Part shown: in pieces, positions 18,683 to 27,037 of the stretch
Numbering within the stretch: the first letter of the stretch is position 1
How the letters are laid out: each line of letters opens with the position of its first letter
Assembly: GCA_040755855.1 (NCBI GenBank)
Contig: JBFMAD010000001.1
Location: 320,001 to 384,000 of the forward strand
Source of the DNA: Planctomycetota bacterium
GTDB taxonomy: Bacteria > Planctomycetota > Brocadiia > JAADGH01
Reading direction: 5' to 3'
DNA: 64,000 nucleotides
Translations under genes and position numbers: made by a program
Notes under the pieces: model-generated
What the model was told of the DNA's origin: nothing
Seen by the model: only the letters and a program-made list of their open reading frames with translations
Databases searched by the model: none

Positions 18683-19963
18683 TCAGACCTGAACGGCCTC
18701 CCTATACTTTTTCTGGAACTCCGCCGGCGTCAGCCCCGCCGCCGATGCGAGGGCCTTCACCCGATCCGCCGACTTCAGGTCCTCCTCCTCCACGCGGATC
18801 ATGAACGACCGGGCCAGCCGGTACTGATCCGAGTTGATGTTCACCCGGCGGACCGTCGTCTTGCCTGTCTTCGGGTCGAGGATGTCGCTGAAGGGAATCG
18901 GCACCAGCTCGCCCCCCTGCATCGAGATGAGCGCCCCGCCCTTGCCCCAGCTCTTCTCCCCGATGCCGAGGAGATAGCGCACCGCCCCGCCGCCGAGCTG
19001 CTGCACATACTCCGCGTCGAAGGGGATCGGGTCGGCGCAGCGCAGCTCGTAGCCGATGGCGATGTCCACGAAGGTGATCTTTTCCCCGCGCTCCTTCGCC
19101 CGCCTCTGCAGCTCCCGCTTCAGGATCAGGCCGAAGGGCACCTCGGCAAGGCGGATGTGGCCGTGGTCGTCCTTCTCCACCTCCACCAGCGGGTTCCCAG
19201 TCAGCTCCTTGGCCACGAGCTCGCCCACGCCCTCGGCCAGGATGGCGACGCCGCAGCCGCGGCCCATGGACTTGGACTTGAGGATCGAACCCTCGATGAT
19301 GTCGCACAACAGATTGAGCGAGACATCCGTGTCCGCGAACTCCTCCGGGATGAGGGTGAGCGACGCGCCGCCGGCGATGCCCATGCCGAGGGCCAGGTGC
19401 CCCGCGCTGCGGCCCATGGCGATCACGATGTACCAGCGCTGCGTGGTCCGGGCGTCCTCCATAAGGTTGGCGATCAGGCGGGCGCCAGCGTCGCGCGCCG
19501 TCTGGAAGCCGAAGGTGGGCATGCTCCGCGGGAGCGGCAGATCGTTGTCAATGGTCTTCGGCACGTGGGCCACCTTGATTGCGCCCTTAGCCTCCTGCGA
19601 CGTCATGCTGGCGCTGAAGGCCGTGTCGTCGCCGCCGATGGTGACGAGGTAGGTGATGTCGAGCTTCTTCAGGGCCTTCACGACGTTGGCCATCTTCTTC
19701 GGGTCCTTGGTCGGGTTCTCGCGCGAGGTGCGGAGCATCGCCCCGCCGCGGAAGCGCTCCCTGTCCATGTCGTCGCGCGTGAGCGTCTGCACGTGATCGG
19801 CGTCGCCCTGGGCGAGCCACTTGAAGCCGTCGAAGATGCCGACGACCTCCAGGCCCTGGTTGAGGGCCTCGATGGTGGCCGCGCCGATGACGCCGTTGAT
19901 CCCCGGCGCCGGCCCGCCGCCGACAAGGATTCCCAATCGTTTCTTCTTTGCCTGCTTCGCCAT
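18683..19963 (-). CDS. pfp: Pyrophosphate-dependent phosphofructokinase
   Basis: GGGPAPGIN, GGDD (Asp marks the PPi type), PKTIDND, MGR and GYELR motifs. Confidence 0.9.
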   Translation of the reverse strand: MAKQAKKKRLGILVGGGPAPGINGVIGAATIEALNQGLEVVGIFDGFKWLAQGDADHVQTLTRDDMDRERFRGGAMLRTSRENPTKDPKKMANVVKALKKLDITYLVTIGGDDTAFSASMTSQEAKGAIKVAHVPKTIDNDLPLPRSMPTFGFQTARDAGARLIANLMEDARTTQRWYIVIAMGRSAGHLALGMGIAGGASLTLIPEEFADTDVSLNLLCDIIEGSILKSKSMGRGCGVAILAEGVGELVAKELTGNPLVEVEKDDHGHIRLAEVPFGLILKRELQRRAKERGEKITFVDIAIGYELRCADPIPFDAEYVQQLGGGAVRYLLGIGEKSWGKGGALISMQGGELVPIPFSDILDPKTGKTTVRRVNINSDQYRLARSFMIRVEEEDLKSADRVKALASAAGLTPAEFQKKYREAVQV

Positions 19964-20013
19964 GATGGTCTCCTCACTGCCTTAGGGATACGCTTCTGAT
20001 ATGAAGGGGCGAT

Positions 20014-20042
20014 ATTTTGCCCGACGGCAGGCGGTTTGTCAA
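20014..20042 (-). promoter_or_regulatory. Putative sigma70 promoter of pfp
   Basis: TTGACA-17nt-CAAAAT. Confidence 0.55.
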
Positions 20043-20088
20043 GGACTTTCACAAGGAAAAGATAGCGGACACAGATTTGCTGAATACT

Positions 20089-20213
20089 GGTTATGGGTTC
20101 CAGGTTTCAGGTTATGGGTTACAGGTTGTGGGTTATAGGTTATGGGTTTCGGGTTACCGGGTTACGGGTTCGGATTCCGGCGGCGTGTAACCGATAACCC
20201 GTAACCTTGAACC
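20089..20213. repeat. Inverted heptamer tandem arrays (GGTTnnn x11 / nnnAACC x4)
   Basis: GGTTATG GGTTCCA GGTTTCA GGTTATG GGTTACA... at 20089-20170; complementary TGTAACC GATAACC CGTAACC TTGAACC at 20186-20213. Confidence 0.9.
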
Positions 20214-20263
20214 CCCACTCCCACACCCCCACACGACCACCGCCGCGTCTCTGTGTGAGGCAT

Positions 20264-20776
20264 TCATTTCTTGTCTTGCGTCTTGACTTCTGACCTCTGA
20301 TCTCTGACCTCTGACTTGTGGCTTCTGGCTTTTTCATCGAGTTCCTTGGATGTCTTAGCGCCGTGTTTGCGTAGAAACGTGACGATCTCCAGTTCGGGGG
20401 TCCGTGTGGCTTCCTTACCAAGCCAGTCGAGTGGTGTTTGACCAAACTTGCCCCTCGCATTGACGTCCGCGCCGCTGTCGACCAGCAATTTAGCCGCTTT
20501 GACATCACGATTGTGGACGGCCGCGTGCAGTGCGGTACCTGCACCGAGTCCCTCCACACGGTTCACATCCTTCCCACGGGAAAGAAGACGTTTTAGCTTG
20601 TCGTATTGCCTCTTGTCCACGCATTCCACCAAATCGTCGGCGGGGTTCCTAAGATACAGATTCATCAAAGCCGTGCACGACACCGTCATGCAGGTTAAAA
20701 GCACAAGAAACATGGAGTACACGAAGCGCCGCCACACGGTTGCCGGTTTGTCGGAATTCTCTCCGGGTCTTCTCAT
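20264..20776 (-). CDS. Ankyrin-repeat protein, membrane-anchored or exported
   Basis: GTALHAAV...LVDSGADVNARGKFGQTPLD; hydrophobic N-terminal segment; GGAGGAG RBS. Confidence 0.8.
   Translation of the reverse strand: MRRPGENSDKPATVWRRFVYSMFLVLLTCMTVSCTALMNLYLRNPADDLVECVDKRQYDKLKRLLSRGKDVNRVEGLGAGTALHAAVHNRDVKAAKLLVDSGADVNARGKFGQTPLDWLGKEATRTPELEIVTFLRKHGAKTSKELDEKARSHKSEVRDQRSEVKTQDKK
20281..20329. repeat. Heptamer tandem array (yTCTGAC) within the ankyrin 3' end
   Basis: TCTTGAC TTCTGAC CTCTGAT CTCTGAC CTCTGAC TTGTGGC TTCTGGC. Confidence 0.8.
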
Positions 20777-20865
20777 TCGGTACTCCTCCCCTCTCTCGCT
20801 CGCTGTGCGTAGGTCAGGAGGGTGAGGCAAGTGAGGATGAAGATTGCGGTGATGAGCCGTCGCAT
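20773..20865 (-). pseudogene. 30-aa signal-peptide-like ORF, probably a truncated exported-protein gene
   Basis: MRRLITAIFILTCLTLLTYAQ then stop; ATGA overlap with the ankyrin start. Confidence 0.4.
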
Positions 20866-20881
20866 GAACCGCCCCCTCAGA

Positions 20882-21142
20882 TCAGGAGCCGTATTTCTTC
20901 GGCGGATTCTCTCGCACCGATGAGGGAGCGCTTGAAGAACCAATCCCCTCGAGCACCACCGCAGGGACGCCGCCGCCGCCGAGGACCTCCTTGGCGTCGA
21001 GAATCTCAATACCCACGAGCGTCTCGCCTTCGCCGATGTTGAGGGCGATGTCCTCGTTTAGCCGCACCGTGCGGCACTCGTGCTTCCCCTCGATCAGACG
21101 AATGTAGAGGGCGTCTATCTCGGCGTCATAGCTGATCCTCAT
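20882..21142 (-). CDS. DUF2283 family protein (putative antitoxin)
   Basis: MRISYDAEIDALYIRL...LVGIEILDA signature. Confidence 0.88.
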   Translation of the reverse strand: MRISYDAEIDALYIRLIEGKHECRTVRLNEDIALNIGEGETLVGIEILDAKEVLGGGGVPAVVLEGIGSSSAPSSVRENPPKKYGS

Positions 21143-21154
21143 GGCGCGTCCTCG

Positions 21155-21409
21155 TCAAAAATAAAATATGTAAACGGTTATCACAACGATCTCGCCGGCC
21201 TCCTCCTTGACGACGGGCGCGACCTGCTTGATCGCATATCGCTTGCCCTGCCAAATTTTGCCGAAGGCAAAGTTGTAGCGGAACAGTTTGCGACCGCGTT
21301 TAGCCGGCTCACTCGCCCCCGTGAGGATGGCTTCACGTATCTCTGCTTCCGTCGCTCCGCGTTCGGCGGCTTGCTCCCATGCGTGTTCGGTCAATCGAAT
21401 TGGTTTCAT
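21155..21409 (-). CDS. DUF4258 family protein (putative RelE-like toxin)
   Basis: IRLTEHAWEQAAERG...EIVVITVY; directly upstream of DUF2283. Confidence 0.8.
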   Translation of the reverse strand: MKPIRLTEHAWEQAAERGATEAEIREAILTGASEPAKRGRKLFRYNFAFGKIWQGKRYAIKQVAPVVKEEAGEIVVITVYIFYF

Positions 21410-21441
21410 CTTGCCGCGCTATCCTTGCTTGATGCCTGTTC

Positions 21442-21470
21442 ATTATACAGCATCTTTCCCCCCTCTGCAA
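21442..21470 (-). promoter_or_regulatory. Putative sigma70 promoter of the DUF4258-DUF2283 cassette
   Basis: TTGCAG-17nt-TATAAT. Confidence 0.6.
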
Positions 21471-21495
21471 GTCGGCAGTCAAAGGGATGGTGGTT

Positions 21496-21664
21496 GGACT
21501 TCCGGTGACACGGACCGACCCTCCGAAGCCTGTCCCGGCGGGCTTGGGCGGGACCGACCTCCGGGAGGTCTACTCCCATACGCCCACACTTCCGAGACGC
21601 ACTTCCGGACTTCTGGGGACACGGACCGATCCTCCGAAGACGGAGGCTTCCGGTCCATGTCCCC
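21496..21664. repeat. Palindrome family 2: 33-bp direct repeat plus hairpin, enclosing one arm of family 1
   Basis: 21496-21528 vs 21607-21639 match at 30/33; hairpin GGGGACACGGACCG (21615-21628) / CGGTCCATGTCCCC (21651-21664); GACCTCCGGGAGGTC at 21556-21570. Confidence 0.8.
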
Positions 21665-21747
21665 GAGCGGGAATCTTCGCAAAAGTGAAAGATCGGGCGC
21701 GTACGGCGAAATGCAGTCAGACGGCTTCCGGGGCGCGTTTACGGGTA

Positions 21748-22012
21748 GCCATACACTTGGCTACTAAGTGGATTTGGGCCGAAAAGCCGTTTCTGGCCGA
21801 ATTCGGGCTGGAAAAGGGGGTTTTGCGATTAGTAGCCAAGCGTATGGCCATACGCTTGGTTACTAATCGAGAAATCGCGTCGGGCGCGAGTCCCATCTCC
21901 CCATCCTGACATGCCTTACGCCAATTCACCGGCGGGGAATCGAGGCGCGCGCGCATGTGCAAGCGTATGGGAAAAGGGTCATTTTGCGGAACAAAATACG
22001 CTTGGCTAACAA
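21748..22012. repeat. Palindrome family 3: five copies of GCCATACGCTTGGCTACTAA, including a 44-bp palindrome
   Basis: Copies at 21748-21767 (+), 21829-21848 (-), 21847-21866 (+), 21960-21970 (-, partial), 21996-22012 (+, partial). Confidence 0.85.
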
Positions 22013-22043
22013 ACGCGAGCGCACGTCTATAGCGATTCCGGGG

Positions 22044-23579
22044 TCACGTCTTCGGGATGACGTCGAGCGCCGGGTCGGCGGTGCGTTCCATCTGCTGCCG
22101 GAGCTGCCGGTGCAGGTCGGCGAGGGTCGCCTTGTGCTCTGCGCTGCCGGCGAGGTCGGTCATCTCGTCCGGGTCGGCCTCCAAGTCGAAGAGTTCCCTT
22201 CGCTGGTCGAAGACGAAATAGGAATACTTCCATCGCTTTGTCCGGATCATGCGGCTTGTCGCCTTCTCGCCCTTTCCCCTCTCGCAGAAGCCGGGCCGGT
22301 CGTCCTCGGCGGTCTTGCCCTCCACGAGCGACTTGACGGACCTCCCTTGCACGTCCTTCGACACCGGCATGCCCGCGAATTCGAGCAGCGTGGGCATCAC
22401 GTCCACCGAGTCCACATGCTGCTGGATCACCGTGCCCGGTTTGATGGCGGGGTAGCGCATGATGAACGGCACGCGGACGATCTGCTCATAATATGCCCCC
22501 ACGGATTTTTCCACCATGCCGTGCGCGCCCTGCATGTCGCCGTGATCGGCGGTGAAGAGGACGAGGGTGCTGCTATCGAGCCCCGCCTCCTTCAGCGCGG
22601 CGAGGATGCGGCCCATCAGTTCGTCCATGAGCGTCACCTGGCCATAATAGCACCGAAGGTATTCCCGGACGCCCTTCTCCCCCATCATGGTTCCCATCCG
22701 CGCCGAGACGGATGTCTGATAGACTTCGGGGCGGTTGTCCCAGCTCTTCGGAAAGGGAACCCGCGCCGGGTCGTACATGCTGTAGTACGGATCGGGCGCG
22801 ATGTGCAGGGCATGGGGTGGGCTGACCGACCAGGTGATCATAAAATTCTGGTCTTTGTACTTCTTGATGAGTTCGATGCACCGGTCGGCGAGCCACCATT
22901 CGTAGGTGTACTCCGCCGGACGCAAGGACCTGCCGATGATGGAGACGTCCTGTTGGGGCTTTCTCTTTTCGTCCTGCCACGCCTTGTGGAACGCCGCCAT
23001 TTCGGGGATGTAGCATACCTCGCCGATTTTCTCCTCGCCGTCGCGCGGGGTATGCCATTTCTCCTTGGGGGCGGCTTTCAGGAACTGGTTGTAGGCCTTT
23101 CCCGCCACGTTTGCGGGGTCCTTGCGATAGCATCTGAGGTCCGTCGTCGGGCCGAGGTGCCACTTGCCGAGGTGGAAGGTTTCGTATCCCTTGTCGAACA
23201 GGATCTGCTCGGTGGTCGTCGCTTCGTCGGTCAGTCCCTTTTTCTCCTTATCCCCATCAACATTCCTGACGATGCCGTGCGTATGGGGCCAGAGGCCCGT
23301 GACGAGCGAGGCGCGCGTGGGGGAGCAGAAGGGCGTGGAGCAGAGGGCGTTTGTGAAGCGCACGCCGTCGGCGGCCAGATTGTCCAGCGTCGGGGTCTTG
23401 ACGACGGGATTGCCGGAGCAGCCCATGACCGAAGGGTCGTGCTGGTCGGTCATGAGGAAGAGGATGTTAAGGCGCTTCTGCTCCTGGGCCTGTGCGCTGC
23501 ACGCTATGGAACCCAGCGTCGCGGCGGATACGAAACCGCCTGCGGTCCGGATGAATGCGCGTCGGGTGAATCCGGTCAT
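22044..23579 (-). CDS. Sulfatase (formylglycine-dependent, Cys type), Tat-exported
   Basis: TRRAFI Tat motif, NILFLMTDQH, CSPTRASLVTG, GKWHLG, ADHGD and ELFDLEADPDE motifs. Confidence 0.95.
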   Translation of the reverse strand: MTGFTRRAFIRTAGGFVSAATLGSIACSAQAQEQKRLNILFLMTDQHDPSVMGCSGNPVVKTPTLDNLAADGVRFTNALCSTPFCSPTRASLVTGLWPHTHGIVRNVDGDKEKKGLTDEATTTEQILFDKGYETFHLGKWHLGPTTDLRCYRKDPANVAGKAYNQFLKAAPKEKWHTPRDGEEKIGEVCYIPEMAAFHKAWQDEKRKPQQDVSIIGRSLRPAEYTYEWWLADRCIELIKKYKDQNFMITWSVSPPHALHIAPDPYYSMYDPARVPFPKSWDNRPEVYQTSVSARMGTMMGEKGVREYLRCYYGQVTLMDELMGRILAALKEAGLDSSTLVLFTADHGDMQGAHGMVEKSVGAYYEQIVRVPFIMRYPAIKPGTVIQQHVDSVDVMPTLLEFAGMPVSKDVQGRSVKSLVEGKTAEDDRPGFCERGKGEKATSRMIRTKRWKYSYFVFDQRRELFDLEADPDEMTDLAGSAEHKATLADLHRQLRQQMERTADPALDVIPKT

Positions 23580-23623
23580 GGTTGCTCCTTGCTTTGAGTC
23601 GAACTCGCTCCGCTCATCAGTTT

Positions 23624-23700
23624 AGTTGACCACATTTCGACCGCCATGTCAAACCTTGCTTCGCATTTTGCTTGATGAGGAAGGTCAACAGGAGTATAAT
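23624..23700. promoter_or_regulatory. Divergent sigma70 promoters (sulfatase and epimerase-ribBA)
   Basis: Minus: TTGACA(23652-23647)-17nt-TCAACT; plus: TTGATG(23672)-17nt-TATAAT(23695-23700). Confidence 0.6.
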
Positions 23701-23748
23701 ATTGAATTTGAGCTTACCTCATGCCTTTCGTTGTGACAGGATAGTTCC

Positions 23749-24696
23749 ATGGCGATACTCATTACGGGCGGGGCCGGGTTTCTCGGGTCGCACCTGACGG
23801 AGCGGCTGCTCCATCGGGGCGAGGAGCTGGTCTGCCTCGACGACTTCAACGACTACTACCCCCCCGACATCAAGCGGAAGAACATCGCCCAGGTCCGGAA
23901 AAAGGGCGCGTTCGAGTTGGTGGAGGGCGACATCCGCGACGAGAAGCTGTGCGCCAGGATTTTCGCGGATATGAACATAGATAAGGTGGTCCACCTGGCC
24001 GCGCGCGCCGGCGTCCGCGCCTCTCTCGAGGACCCGATGCTCTACCAGGACGTCAACTGCCGCGGAACGATGCTCCTCCTCGAGATGGCCAAGCGGCACG
24101 ACGTCAAGAAGTTCGTCTTCGCCTCGTCCTCGTCGGTCTATGGGAACAACCAGAAGGTCCCCTTCTCGGAGGACGACCGCGTGGACGAGCCGGTCTCCCC
24201 CTATGCCGCCACGAAGCGCGCGGGGGAGCTGTTCTGCTACGCGCACCACCACCTCACCGGCATGCCGACCGTCTGCCTCCGGTTCTTCACGGCCTACGGT
24301 CCCCGGCAGCGGCCGGACATGGCGATCCACAAGTTTACGCGCCTCATCATGGAGGGCAAGCCCGTCCCGATGTTCGGCGACGGCACAACGAAGCGGGACT
24401 ACACCTACTACAGCGATATCATTGACGGCGTTGTGGCCGCGCTCGACACGGACGTGGGGTTCGAGATCATCAACCTGGGCGAGTCGAACGTCGTCGAGCT
24501 GCGCCGCCTGATCGAGGTCATCGAGGAAAGCGTCGGCGAGAAGGCCAAGATCAAGCAGATGCCCGAACAGCCGGGCGACGTGAAGATCACCTATGCCGAC
24601 GTGAGCAAGGCGAAGCGCCTGCTGGGCTACTCGCCGAGCGTGCACATCGAGGAAGGCGTCCGTAAGTTCGTGGAATGGTATCGGGAGAATTTTTGA
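23749..24696 (+). CDS. NAD-dependent epimerase (UDP-glucuronate 4-epimerase-like)
   Basis: TGGAGFLG, HLAARAGVR, ASSSSVYG, YAATK, RFFTAYGPRQRPDMA and QPGDV motifs. Confidence 0.88.
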   Translation: MAILITGGAGFLGSHLTERLLHRGEELVCLDDFNDYYPPDIKRKNIAQVRKKGAFELVEGDIRDEKLCARIFADMNIDKVVHLAARAGVRASLEDPMLYQDVNCRGTMLLLEMAKRHDVKKFVFASSSSVYGNNQKVPFSEDDRVDEPVSPYAATKRAGELFCYAHHHLTGMPTVCLRFFTAYGPRQRPDMAIHKFTRLIMEGKPVPMFGDGTTKRDYTYYSDIIDGVVAALDTDVGFEIINLGESNVVELRRLIEVIEESVGEKAKIKQMPEQPGDVKITYADVSKAKRLLGYSPSVHIEEGVRKFVEWYRENF

Positions 24697-24723
24697 GCGG
24701 GGGAGCGGATCCGCTGGAGGTGT

Positions 24724-25959
24724 ATGGCAATGTCCTTTTGTACGATCCAAGAAGCCCTGGATGATCTCCGCCGGGGGAAGATGGTCGTCCTCGTGGACGA
24801 TGAAAACCGCGAGAACGAGGGCGACCTCACCATCGCCGCCGAGAAGATCACCCCCGAGGCGATCAACTTCATGGCCAAGCACGGTCGCGGCCTGATCTGC
24901 CTCGCCCTGACGTCGGAGAAGGTGCAGCAGCTCGACTTGCCTATGATGACGACGCATAACCGCTCGCGCTTCGAGACGGCCTTCACCGTCTCAATCGAGG
25001 CCCGGCGCGGCGTCAGCACCGGCATCTCCGCCCATGACCGGGCGCACACCATCCTGACGGCCATCCGCGACGACTGCAAGCCCGACGACCTCGTCACTCC
25101 GGGGCATGTCTTCCCCCTCCGCGCCCGCGAGGGCGGCGTCCTGGTGCGCGCGGGCCAGACAGAGGGATCGGTGGACCTCGCCCGGCTGGCCGGCCTCAAG
25201 CCAGCGGGCGTGATCTGCGAGGTGATGAACGACGACGGCACCATGGCCCGCGTGCCCGACCTGGAGGCATTCTGCGAGGCGCACGGCCTCAAGATGTGCA
25301 AGATCGAGGACATCATCCAGTACCGTCACCGGATCGAACTCCTGATCGAGAAGCGCGTCACGATCAAGCTGCCCACGCTCTACGGCGACTTTGATCTGCA
25401 CCTCTATCGGTCGAAGGTGGATGACTACCTCCACCTGGCCCTGTGCAAGGGCGACGTGGGTAAAATGGAGAATGGACAGGTCAAGGCCCAGGAGGAGCCG
25501 GTCCTCGTGCGCGTGCACTCGGAGTGCCTGACGGGCGACATCTTCGGCTCGCTGCGGTGCGACTGCGGCGGGCAACTTCGCCAAGCCCTGCGCGTGATTG
25601 AGCAGGAGGGCAAGGGCGTGGTCCTCTACATGCGCCAGGAGGGGCGGGGCATCGGTCTGGAAAACAAGCTGCACGCCTACGCCCTGCAGGAGAGCGGGCT
25701 GGATACCGTTGAGGCGAACATGGAGCTGGGCTTCGAGCCGGACCAGCGCGACTACGGCATCGGGGCGCAGATCTTGCGCGACCTCGGGGTGACGAAGATG
25801 CGGCTGCTGACAAACAACCCGCGCAAGTTCACCGGCCTGGCGGGCTACGGCCTGGAGATCGTCGAGCGCGTCCCCATCGAGATGGACCCGACCGAGGAGA
25901 ACAAGCGCTACCTGAAGGCGAAGAAGGACAAGCTGGGACATCTGCTGGATGGGGTGTGA
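24724..25959 (+). CDS. ribBA: Bifunctional DHBP synthase / GTP cyclohydrolase II
   Basis: [43 protein letters not shown] and LLTNNP motifs. Confidence 0.97.
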   Translation: MAMSFCTIQEALDDLRRGKMVVLVDDENRENEGDLTIAAEKITPEAINFMAKHGRGLICLALTSEKVQQLDLPMMTTHNRSRFETAFTVSIEARRGVSTGISAHDRAHTILTAIRDDCKPDDLVTPGHVFPLRAREGGVLVRAGQTEGSVDLARLAGLKPAGVICEVMNDDGTMARVPDLEAFCEAHGLKMCKIEDIIQYRHRIELLIEKRVTIKLPTLYGDFDLHLYRSKVDDYLHLALCKGDVGKMENGQVKAQEEPVLVRVHSECLTGDIFGSLRCDCGGQLRQALRVIEQEGKGVVLYMRQEGRGIGLENKLHAYALQESGLDTVEANMELGFEPDQRDYGIGAQILRDLGVTKMRLLTNNPRKFTGLAGYGLEIVERVPIEMDPTEENKRYLKAKKDKLGHLLDGV

Positions 25960-25978
25960 GAAACGGAAAGGAAGAGCC

Positions 25979-26329
25979 ATGCCGCACAAAATCAAAATCA
26001 CCGCCGGACCCGTCGCGATGACGGCGCAGATGAACGACTGCGAGACGGCGAAGAAAATCTGGGAGGCCCTGCCCATCGAATCGAGCGCGAAGACCTGGGG
26101 GCGCGAGGTCTATTTCGACATCCCCGTGGACATGCCCGCCCAGGACGCCAAGCCCAAGGTCCCGTCCGGCTCGATCGCCTTCTGGCCCGACGGTAGCTGC
26201 TTCTGCATCTTCTTCGGCCAGACGCCCTACAGCCCCGTCAACGTCCTCGGCCGGGTGGACGGCGACGAGAAGGAATTCGCAAAAGTAAAAGACGGCGACG
26301 CGGTGAAGATCGAAAAGGCGGAGGACTGA
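25979..26329 (+). CDS. Cyclophilin-like fold protein (TM1367/DUF369-like)
   Basis: IWEALP, WGREVYF, IAFWPDG..FCIFFGQTP and PVNVLG motifs. Confidence 0.8.
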   Translation: MPHKIKITAGPVAMTAQMNDCETAKKIWEALPIESSAKTWGREVYFDIPVDMPAQDAKPKVPSGSIAFWPDGSCFCIFFGQTPYSPVNVLGRVDGDEKEFAKVKDGDAVKIEKAED

Positions 26330-26567
26330 GCGGAATTCGTAATGCGGACTGAAACCACAGACGAACCCGGCGCGGCTTGCGCTGCAACCAAATCCCTTTC
26401 AGGAAAAGACGATTTTGCAGGTTTGTAGTACAGATAGACTCAGATGAATCCAGATGGGGAATCTGTGTTCATCTGCGTTCAGCCGTGATTCCAATCCGCA
26501 TTCCGTAATCCGAAATCTACAATCACTACCCCCTCGCCTGTCATCTACTACCCGTAACCCACAACCC
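26328..26567. repeat. Nested inverted short-repeat mosaic
   Basis: Outer heptamers GCGGAAT/TCGTAAT/GCGGA vs AATCCGC/ATTCCGT/AATCCGA/AATCTAC; inner 10-mers CAGAT x3 (26431-26455) vs ATCTGTGTTC ATCTGCGTTC (26461-26480); TACCCG TAACCCA CAACCC tail. Confidence 0.75.
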
Positions 26568-26613
26568 ATCCCGCCGGCATCGGCAAGATCAGGCCCGTGA
26601 ACCCACAAAACCC

Positions 26614-26629
26614 CGGCACACTGTTTGCT
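26614..26629 (+). promoter_or_regulatory. sigma54 (-24/-12) promoter candidate 1
   Basis: CGGCACACTGTTTGCT, GG-N10-GC spacing. Confidence 0.6.
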
Positions 26630-26765
26630 TTTATTTAATCTAAGGTCGGTGCATTTATGCACAGAGATATGCCCTCTTTCCGCTTGCGGAGCGGAAGGGG
26701 AGGCAAAGTTGATGGGTGGTATCCCATTTCTCCCCCCCCCGGACGGAGAGGGAAAATACGAAGAA

Positions 26766-26990
26766 ATGGACAAACAATTCAAAGTAATTAGACACATGGT
26801 CCACCGAGTCAAAGACGCCTGCTGTTTTTTTCGAAAAGATTCGCGCACGTGTTCCGCGTCCAACCAGCCTATTTTCGTCCCTCTGCGGGAAACCATGGAC
26901 AGGTATTGTGCCCCGGAAGGGGCGTTTCGGGGCTGTCCGTTGTACACAAGCAGGCAACGCAAAGTGGATGAAGGACCCGAGGAGCCATAG
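26766..26990 (+). CDS. Small Cys-rich hypothetical protein (start uncertain; 26712 possible)
   Basis: CCFF...C...YC...GCPLY pattern; downstream of a sigma54 site. Confidence 0.5.
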   Translation: MDKQFKVIRHMVHRVKDACCFFRKDSRTCSASNQPIFVPLRETMDRYCAPEGAFRGCPLYTSRQRKVDEGPEEP

Positions 26991-27021
26991 AAGGCCCCTA
27001 AAAAACATCCGCTCCTCGGAG

Positions 27022-27037
27022 TGGCACAGTAATTGCT
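27022..27037 (+). promoter_or_regulatory. sigma54 (-24/-12) promoter candidate 2
   Basis: TGGCACAGTAATTGCT, near-consensus TGGCAC-N5-TTGCT. Confidence 0.75.

Noticed and set aside
20264..21470. Integron cassette array
   Set aside because: No integrase, and no convincing attC (RYYYAAC...GTTRRRY) sites between the small genes
21288..21962. ORFs across the palindrome region
   Set aside because: Translations mirror the repeats and have no clear RBS or protein-like composition
21748..22012. CRISPR array
   Set aside because: Copies alternate in orientation, spacing is irregular, and no cas genes are present
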